From NCBI GenBank assembly GCA_022824225.1, contig JAJEAH010000028.1, forward strand, positions 65,766 to 129,765: 64,000 nucleotides of DNA. The letters are read 5' to 3'. Shown here one piece after another: positions 57,450-64,000 of the stretch. Made by a program: the position numbers and the translations under genes. The notes beneath the pieces are model-generated. The model was not told the DNA's origin and made no database searches. It saw nothing but the letters and a program-made list of their open reading frames with translations. How positions within the stretch are numbered: position 1 is the stretch's first letter; each line of letters starts with the position of its first letter. The stretch comes from Chloroflexota bacterium (GTDB lineage: Bacteria > Chloroflexota > UBA11872 > VXOZ01).

Positions 57450-58862
57450 CTAGTCGGGAATCTCTGCCTGAATCTGCTGGCGCAGTGCCCCCATAGTCTC
57501 GACAACGTCGCCTTGTCCTCGGTAGAGGGCGTCCAAGGCGGGCGTAATGATCTGGTCGAAGATTGGATTGCGCCAGTTGGGCAGCACCCGCAAGCCGTCG
57601 TACCGGCTCGCGTTTGCCAGCGAGTGGGCGTAGGCGTCCACGCGGATCTTTTCGGCAACGTCGCCGCCGTAGAGTTCGCGGGCCCAGGCCTCAAAGTGAT
57701 CGAGACGCGCCGGGGCGTTGCCGCGGCCAATCGCCCAATTGGGATGGTTGGCATGCCACTTGATCAGCTCCCAGCCTTCATCCTGCACCTGGCTCGCGCC
57801 TATCAGGCCGTTGGAGTCGAGGGCCTGCGCCGAGCCGGTGTGCATGAAGGTAGGCAGCGGCGCGTACGCAAACGGCTTGCCTTCCTGTACGCCCTGGGCG
57901 ATGGCAAACGTGCCGCCGCCGGAGGTCTGCAAGAACGCGAGCTTGCCGTTGAGGAAGTTGTTGCGGGTGTTGCCCGTGCCGAATGTGTCGTTGAGCTCGC
58001 CCGGCAAGGGCATGACCCGGTGCTTCGAGGACAGTTCGGTCAGATAGCGAATCGCGTCCACCATTTCCGGGGAATCGCAGACGACGGTCTTGAAGTCTTC
58101 CGCCACCCAGCGGGCGCCCCAGAACGGCCCCCAATTCGCGGCAATCACGCCGCGGCCGATGTTCCCGATGCCGAACGTTACCGGATTCTCGCCTTCGCGC
58201 TGGGTCGTTTTGACCAAGGCTTCCAAGAACGTCTCGGCGTTCCAACTCGGGTCGCCCCACTCCACCGGCGGATCGGAGACGCCGGCGTTTGCCAGGATCT
58301 CCTTGTTGTACGGCATCACCGGCCAGTTGCCGCCCGACTGATTCGGCAGGCCGAGGATGTTCTCCTCATACATGACCCCGTCGCGGAAGAGCTGCTCCGG
58401 ATAGATGCTGAGATCGAAGTTGTCGCGACGAACCAGCGGTCCCACGTCGATCGTGTGGCCCTGGGTGAAGACTTCGGTCTGCGAAAGCCAGAGCACGTCC
58501 GGCGGTTCGCCGGCGGCAACCAGCGTGTTGAACTTGTTGTAGTACGCGCCCTCGTTGGTAATGGTCTCGAGGTCGATGTTGGGATAGTCGTTCTCGAACG
58601 GCTCCTCGATGAGGGTATCGTAGATTTCCGCGTGGCGGGCGTTGAGGGCTACGTAGTGCTTGACCGTGACGCGTTCCGCGGGCGCAGGCGCTTCCTCAGC
58701 CTGTGCGGGAGCTTCTTCCGCGGCGGGTTGTTCCGGTTGGTCGGCCGGCGCGGTGGCCACGGTCCCACAGGCGGCCAACAGACTGGCGGCGCCGAGGGCG
58801 CCAAACCCCATGAGCATATTGCGGCGCGTGAGCGCATCGAGTGCTGAATTGCGTTTCGTCAT
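57450..58862 (-). CDS. ABC transporter substrate-binding protein (family 1), lipoprotein
   Basis: Start MTKRNSALDALTRRNMLMGFGALGAASLLAACG after GGGAGGA, then an Ala/Glu/Pro linker and a solute-binding-protein fold. Confidence 0.85.
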   Translation of the reverse strand: MTKRNSALDALTRRNMLMGFGALGAASLLAACGTVATAPADQPEQPAAEEAPAQAEEAPAPAERVTVKHYVALNARHAEIYDTLIEEPFENDYPNIDLETITNEGAYYNKFNTLVAAGEPPDVLWLSQTEVFTQGHTIDVGPLVRRDNFDLSIYPEQLFRDGVMYEENILGLPNQSGGNWPVMPYNKEILANAGVSDPPVEWGDPSWNAETFLEALVKTTQREGENPVTFGIGNIGRGVIAANWGPFWGARWVAEDFKTVVCDSPEMVDAIRYLTELSSKHRVMPLPGELNDTFGTGNTRNNFLNGKLAFLQTSGGGTFAIAQGVQEGKPFAYAPLPTFMHTGSAQALDSNGLIGASQVQDEGWELIKWHANHPNWAIGRGNAPARLDHFEAWARELYGGDVAEKIRVDAYAHSLANASRYDGLRVLPNWRNPIFDQIITPALDALYRGQGDVVETMGALRQQIQAEIPD

Positions 58863-59094
58863 GATGGGTATCCTCCCGTAGTTGGAAATCAGACAACGCT
58901 TTACCTGCACTCCCTTGGGGCCGGTTTTCAAACCTCCTTTCCAACGCTTGCAGGACGTTGCACACGGGAACAGGGCTGCGTGTGCGGCCCTGTCCCCGCT
59001 GGCCTGTCTGCGGAAAAGTGACGGATTCTCAGTTGCTGTCTGGATTTAGACCCGTCGATCCGAAAGAGGAATCGGATGCGGGCGGGTAGAAATC

Positions 59095-60504
59095 CTATTC
59101 CAACTCAGGCATCTCGCCTTCGATCTGTACCTTGAGCTGTTCTAGGGTTTCCTTGACTTCACCCTCGCCGTTGTAGAGCTTGGTCATGGCGGGGCCGACC
59201 ATGTCGTTCCAGATAGGCGTGCGCCAGTTTGGCAGCGAGAACACGGGGTCGATGGTGACCGCGTGGCCGAGGGACTCGCGATAGACCTCGACTCGCGCTT
59301 CCTCGGCGAAACCGCCGTATACGGCCTCACCCCAGGCGTCGAAGTGGTCCTGGCGCGAGGGCGCGTTGCCGCGCGTGATCGCCCAGTTCGGCGTATCGGC
59401 CTGCCACTTGATGAACTCCCAGCCCTCGTCGGGGTGTTCGGCGCCGGTAATGATGCCGTTGGGGTCAACGGCCTGACCCGAGCCGACGATGCCGAACTTT
59501 GGAATGGGCGCGAAGCCATAGGGCTTGCCGTCTTTCACCGCCTCGGCGACGGCAAAGGTCTGGCCGCCGGAGGTGCGGAAGAACGCCAGCTTGCCGTCGA
59601 AGAACAGGTCGCGGGCGTTGCCGGTGCCGAATACCTCATTCAACTGCCCCGGCTTGTCCATGACCCGATAGCGCGCCACGAGGTCCGTAATGTACTGGAT
59701 GCCCGCGATCATTTCCTCGCTGTCGCAGGTGACCGAGCGCAAGTCTTCGCTCACCCAGCTACCGGCCCACATGGGACCCCAATAGACCATCACGCCCGCG
59801 CCAATGCCATTGATGCCGAAGCGGGTGGGGTTGTCACCTTCCCACACGGCCAGTTTCTGCAGGGCCTCGAGCCAGGTCTCGGCGTTCCAACTGTCGTCGG
59901 TCCAGGTCAGCGGCGGATCGCTGATGCCCTCATTGGCCAGGATTTCCTTGTTGTAGGGCATCACCGGCCATGAACCGCCCGACTGGTTGGGCAGGCCGAG
60001 CACGTCGCCTTCCCACATGGCGAGGGTCTTCATGGCGCCCGCCGGGAAGACACTGATGTCGTAGTTGTCCCGCTTCACGTACTCCGTCACGGTGGTGAAC
60101 ACGCCGCGCAGGTATGCCTCAGGATAGGAAAACCATGAGGTATCCGGCGGCTCACCAGCGGCGACGAGGGCGTGGAGCTTATCGTAGAACGGCCCCTCGC
60201 GAAGCACCGTCTCTACCTGGATTCCGGGATTGGCGGCCTGGAACTCATCCACGACCATGGTGGGATAGAGCTCTTGCTGACGGTCGTTGAGCGCCGTGTA
60301 GTACTGGATGGTGACCGGCTCCATCTCCTGGGGCGCTTCGGTTTCGGCAGGGGCTTCTTCTTCAGCGGCCTGTTCCGAATCCATGGCGGGCGCGGTGGCC
60401 ACCGTGCCGCACGCGGCGAGTCCCAGCGCGCCTGCCGTGATGACGGAAGACTGCAACAGTTCCCGACGGGTAAGTCCGCTGAATCGCTTCCTCAAATCGT
60501 CCAT
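59095..60504 (-). CDS. ABC transporter substrate-binding protein (family 1), paralog of 57450-58862
   Basis: MDDLRKRFSGLTRRELLQSSVITAGALGLAACG...; about 55% identical to its neighbour. Confidence 0.85.
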   Translation of the reverse strand: MDDLRKRFSGLTRRELLQSSVITAGALGLAACGTVATAPAMDSEQAAEEEAPAETEAPQEMEPVTIQYYTALNDRQQELYPTMVVDEFQAANPGIQVETVLREGPFYDKLHALVAAGEPPDTSWFSYPEAYLRGVFTTVTEYVKRDNYDISVFPAGAMKTLAMWEGDVLGLPNQSGGSWPVMPYNKEILANEGISDPPLTWTDDSWNAETWLEALQKLAVWEGDNPTRFGINGIGAGVMVYWGPMWAGSWVSEDLRSVTCDSEEMIAGIQYITDLVARYRVMDKPGQLNEVFGTGNARDLFFDGKLAFFRTSGGQTFAVAEAVKDGKPYGFAPIPKFGIVGSGQAVDPNGIITGAEHPDEGWEFIKWQADTPNWAITRGNAPSRQDHFDAWGEAVYGGFAEEARVEVYRESLGHAVTIDPVFSLPNWRTPIWNDMVGPAMTKLYNGEGEVKETLEQLKVQIEGEMPELE

Positions 60505-60595
60505 AGAAGACCTCCAAGTCTTGTCGTGTGCACTGAGCAGACGTAGAATTCACCGGCGGTTGCCCAGCCATCGGTTTACCGGTGCGTCTAGGGTA

Positions 60596-61894
60596 TCAAT
60601 CGGTTAGGAAAAGTTCAACCACCGGCGTATGTACATCCGGTCTCTGAATCGGCAATTCCAGCGTGAGCAGGTCTGTTCCGCCGCTTGGATAGCGGTGGTG
60701 CTGCGTAAAGTCGAAGGTCTTGACTTCAGAGCCGTCATGCAAGAGTTGGGCATAACGCACGCGCTGGCGCAGTCCCGGCAAGTGCAGGTACTTGAGCGGC
60801 CAGGCAAAGACGTGCAGGTACAGCCGGTTGGTCTCAGGGTTGAAGGTGTAGCGGCAGTCGGTTGGCGGGACGAACGGCGCCTGGGTGCAACCGTAGATCG
60901 CGCGTGCGTGTGACCGCATCCATCCGCCAATCTCCGCCAACGTCGCTTGCGCACGGGGGTCGAACTCGCCGCGTCCGGTTGGCCCCACGTTCATGAGCAT
61001 GTTGCCGCCCTTGGAGACGCAGTCGATGAGCATCTCCACGAGCAGTTGCGGCGACTTCCAGTCCAGGTTGTCGCGGTGGTAGCCCCAGGAGCCGTTTAGG
61101 GTCTGGCAGGCTTCCCAATTCACGGGCTTGCCGTCCACGTGCAGCCAGCTTGGCGGGATGAACTGTTCGGGTGTGTGGAAGTCCTGCTCGATTTCGCTGC
61201 GGTTGTTGATGATGATGTCCGGGTTGATCTCGCGCACCATCTGGATGAGCTTCTCGCTTTGCCAGTCGTCTTTGCCCTTGCCTTTGCTCCAGCCCCAGTC
61301 GCGGTCGGAATACGAGAAGTCGAGCCAGAGCAGGTCGATGGGGCCGAACATGGTGAGGGTTTCCCGCACCTGGCCGTGGAGGTACGCCGCGTACTTGCGC
61401 ACGTCGCGGTCTTTCGCGGCCTCCCGGAACGCGAGGTCGTTCGCCTGGGGATGCACGCCGTCCACGGGAAACTCGGGGTGATGCCAGTCGATAAGCGAGT
61501 AGTAGAAGCCGACCTTGAGTCCCTCGGCGCGGAAGGCTTCGACAAAGGGCTTCAGTAGGTCGCGCTTGGCAGGGGTGTTCGTCGCTTTGTAGTCGGTGAG
61601 TTGGCTGTCCCACATGCAGAAGCCGTCGTGGTGCTTGCTGGTGAGCACCACGTAGCGCATGCCGGCCTCCCGTGCCGTGCGCGCCCACGCCGCCGGATCG
61701 TAAAGGTCGGGATCGAAGTGGTCGAAGTAGGGCTGATAGTCGGCGTCGCTAATCTCTTCGTACTTCTTCACCCATTCGTGACGTGCGGCCATGGCGTAGA
61801 TGCCCCAATGGATGAAGAGGCCGAAACGATCATGTGTCCACCAGGCCGTGTTGCCCGGCGTGGATGCCGGTTGGGGAATCGCGGAATTGCTCAT
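60596..61894 (-). CDS. Alpha-L-fucosidase (glycoside hydrolase family 29)
   Basis: HDRFGLFIHWGIYAMAA...YVVLTSKHHDGFCMWDS... GH29 catalytic-domain motifs. Confidence 0.9.
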   Translation of the reverse strand: MSNSAIPQPASTPGNTAWWTHDRFGLFIHWGIYAMAARHEWVKKYEEISDADYQPYFDHFDPDLYDPAAWARTAREAGMRYVVLTSKHHDGFCMWDSQLTDYKATNTPAKRDLLKPFVEAFRAEGLKVGFYYSLIDWHHPEFPVDGVHPQANDLAFREAAKDRDVRKYAAYLHGQVRETLTMFGPIDLLWLDFSYSDRDWGWSKGKGKDDWQSEKLIQMVREINPDIIINNRSEIEQDFHTPEQFIPPSWLHVDGKPVNWEACQTLNGSWGYHRDNLDWKSPQLLVEMLIDCVSKGGNMLMNVGPTGRGEFDPRAQATLAEIGGWMRSHARAIYGCTQAPFVPPTDCRYTFNPETNRLYLHVFAWPLKYLHLPGLRQRVRYAQLLHDGSEVKTFDFTQHHRYPSGGTDLLTLELPIQRPDVHTPVVELFLTD

Positions 61895-62155
61895 CCGTAC
61901 GTCTCCTTAGATACTGCGGGACTCCCTTGCGACAAGCCTATCACAGGTCTGGTGAAGCGCTATGGCGTGTATAGGCCGGGAATATGGAATCCTTGGAGCG
62001 TTCGCGTTACGATAGAGTCTAGCGGGCGCGGAGAGATGCGGCGCATATCTCCGCGCGTTGGGCGAAGCAGCAATGCGAGTCGCTCTTCGTATTGAGACAG
62101 AGTCAGCGAAATGTCACACGGAAGTGTCACAAGAAGGCAAGGAGTTGTAGATCCA

Positions 62156-62826
62156 TGCAACGAAGACTTGTATGTTCATTATTACTTAGTGGCGCCTCTG
62201 TAGCCGCGTTAGCGGCTTGTGGCGGCGGCTCATCGCTGATTGAGACTGATGCGAAGGAGCCGTCGACTACGCAAGAAGAGGCCAAGGCGGAGCCAACTGC
62301 AGCTCCCGCAGAAGCCCAGCCGACTGCCGAGTCCGCAAAGCAGGCAGAGGTTCTGCCGACGGCGGCGCCTGAGCTTGACTTGCCTAATCTTGGCAAAGCG
62401 CCTGAGATTACGCTCACCGGTTGGTTCAATTCAGAGCCAATCACCATGGCGAGCCTTGAGGGCAAAGCCGCGGCGATGATCGTCTTCTGGACGTACACCT
62501 GACCTGTTTGCCGTAGCGAAATCCCCAGTTTGGTGGATCTCTTCAATACCTACCACGACGACAGCTTCAAGCTGATCAGTGTGCACTTCCCCCATGCCGG
62601 TTCTTCCAGAGACATTAGCGGAATTCAAGCACGGGCTGATGAGCTTGGCGTCACCTATCCGGTGGTAGTAGACAACGATTTGGTGCTTTGGAATGCCTAT
62701 GGCACACGTACGTGGCCGGCCTTCTATGGCATCGATCGGCAGGGCAATATTCGTTTTGCAAAGTTTGGCGGCGGCAGTTTCGAGACCGTGATAGACGCTG
62801 TCAAGAAGCTCAAGGAATTCGGATAG
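62156..62826 (+). CDS. TlpA/ResA-like thioredoxin-fold thiol:disulfide oxidoreductase lipoprotein. Probable selenoprotein, with the in-frame TGA at 62500-62502 read as Sec (U-P-V-C motif).
   Basis: Lipoprotein leader MQRRLVCSLLLSGASVAALAACGG after AAGGAG. The ORF 62092-62502 ends ...AAMIVFWTYT-TGA, and the same frame continues PVCRSEIPSLVDLFNTYHDDSFKLISVHFP... to 62826. The context FWTYT-U-PVCR aligns to the FWASWCGPCR thioredoxin motif. A conserved hairpin lies 17 nt downstream of the TGA. Confidence 0.6.
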
Positions 62827-63016
62827 GTTTCACGGGCGCACAGTCCGCACTGGTCCGTTTCTAAGAGTACAGCAAAGACAGTTCGTGGCGTGCGGCAGCG
62901 GCTACGAACTGTCTTGTTGTCTAAGGTTGGGTGCCGCCGCCCATGTTGCAGCTCTTGTTCTCGCCCAGAGGTACTTGCGGAGTGGACAAGATTCGGGGGT
63001 CGCCTGCCGCTCGCGA

Positions 63017-63067
63017 CCACAAAACAAACAGTCCGTTTGCTGTGCAACGCTGCACTGCAAACGGACT
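63017..63067 (-). terminator. Rho-independent terminator: 11-bp stem agtccgtttgc/gcaaacggact followed by a U-tract on the - strand
   Basis: Perfect inverted repeat at 63030-63040 and 63057-63067. On the minus strand it is followed by GUUUGUUUUGUGG. It sits between the two convergent selenoprotein genes. Confidence 0.6.
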
Positions 63068-63101
63068 CTTAACCTACTGAAACTGTGCTTGAAACCAGGC
63101 T

Positions 63102-63764
63102 CTAGCCTGCCGCCTTGAGCTTCTCGATCGCTTCGATGATCGGGTCGAGGCCGGGGCCGACCTGCTTGAACCGGATGTTACCCTGAGTGTCGATGCCGTA
63201 GACAACCGGCCAGGCATTGTTGCCATAGGCGTTCCAAGCCGAGTGATCGTTGTCGATGGCAATCGGAAAGGCAGCGTTGAGATTCGAGGCCTGCTCGGCG
63301 ATGACGCTCACGTCCTTGGATGCGCCCAAGGCCGGAAAGTGAATAGTAATCAGCTTGAAGCTGTCATCCACGTATGTATTCTGGATATCCACCCAACTGG
63401 GGATTTCGCCGCGGCACACCGGTCAGGTGTAGGTCCAGAAAGCGATGAGGGCCGAGGCCTTGCCCTCCAAGCTCGCCAGCGTGATGGGTTCGGAGTTGAG
63501 CCACTCCGTGAGCGTGATCTCCGGCGCCTTGCCAAGATTGGGCATGTCGAGTGCCGGCGCTGCCGTTGGTTCAGCTTCAGCCTTGGCTTCGGGCTCAGCC
63601 GTCGGTTGCGCCTCAGCCGGCGCGGCCGTGGGCTCCGCCTGGGCTTCTTCCTGCGCGGCCGCCGGCTCTTCCGTTTCCATCAGCGTCGAGCCGCCGCCGC
63701 ACGCTGCCAGCGCGGCCATAGAGGCGCCGCCCAACAGCATCGTGCAAACACTTCGTCGTCGCAT
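63102..63764 (-). CDS. TlpA/ResA-like thioredoxin-fold lipoprotein, paralog. Probable selenoprotein, with the in-frame TGA at 63423-63425 read as Sec.
   Basis: Start MRRRSVCTMLLGGASMAALAACGG after GGAGGAGGG. ...ALIAFWTYT-TGA-PVCRGEIPSWVDIQNTYVDDSFKLITIHFP... The TGA is at the homologous codon, with the same flanking residues and the same downstream stem-loop as the + strand copy. Confidence 0.6.
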
Positions 63765-64000
63765 CGTGCCCTCCTCCATATCTGTAGTCACGCACTTTCC
63801 CAGCTACTTCGAACGCGCAAACGATCCGCGTCTGCTGCGCCTTGCCCACCACGTTGGCCCGTAGCCACGTTCAGCCGAACTACGGCGGCATGATCCTCAC
63901 CAGCCAGTCTAGGACGCCATTGTCATGAAACTGTGAAGGCAGATTTTCTTGCGCCTCCGTTGTTCCCTCTACTCGAATGCCATGATTTCCAACGAGAAGA

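Overview
This is a high-GC (about 65%) bacterial chromosomal segment with a dense mix of metabolic and accessory genes. I found about 49 protein-coding genes and no rRNA, tRNA or CRISPR array. There are no recognisable transposase or integrase genes. The lineage cannot be assigned from sequence alone; the REP-like hairpin families and gene content only loosely suggest a Chloroflexota- or Actinobacteria-like organism.

Genes, left to right:
- Two tandem paralogous genes for a ~1070-aa polytopic membrane protein. The first is cut by the window edge, and a small 5' remnant of a third copy lies just upstream of it.
- A DUF948 / YtxH / DUF948 trio of small membrane-protein genes.
- A DUF58 gene overlapping a transglutaminase-like membrane protein that looks catalytically degenerate, with no MoxR ATPase gene nearby.
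- glyA.
- A secreted protein with a tandem-repeat Thr/Ala-rich C-terminus.
- An APH-like kinase.
- A creatininase-family gene, divergent from a solute-binding protein plus three tandem PHP/DUF3604-like metallohydrolase paralogs.
- An M24 (creatinase-like) peptidase.
- A leaderless S8 subtilase homolog whose catalytic Ser appears replaced by Cys, flanked by direct repeats.
- A polysaccharide deacetylase, an SPFH protein, a ManD/GalD-like enolase-superfamily dehydratase, an aminotransferase and ychF.
- A hydantoin-utilisation-like cluster: a two-Cys racemase-fold enzyme plus hyuA and hyuB.
- Two DegT aminotransferases, a PspC-domain protein and a DHDPS-family lyase.
- Two Gfo/Idh/MocA paralogs separated by a 1.2-kb repeat-rich non-coding spacer, followed by a sugar-phosphate isomerase.
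- Two GNAT acetyltransferases.
- An ABC-2 type transporter with a duplicated permease pair, followed by a low-GC islet with two hypothetical genes.
- A ceramidase-like hydrolase, two orphan solute-binding proteins and a GH29 alpha-L-fucosidase.

The most striking signal is at the right end. Two convergent paralogous lipoprotein genes encode a TlpA/ResA-like thioredoxin-fold oxidoreductase. In both copies the first Cys of the WCxxC motif is replaced by an in-frame TGA, giving a U-P-V-C motif. A conserved stem-loop follows each TGA. These are probable selenoproteins.

Several families of dispersed palindromic (REP-like) and tandem repeats fill the intergenic regions.
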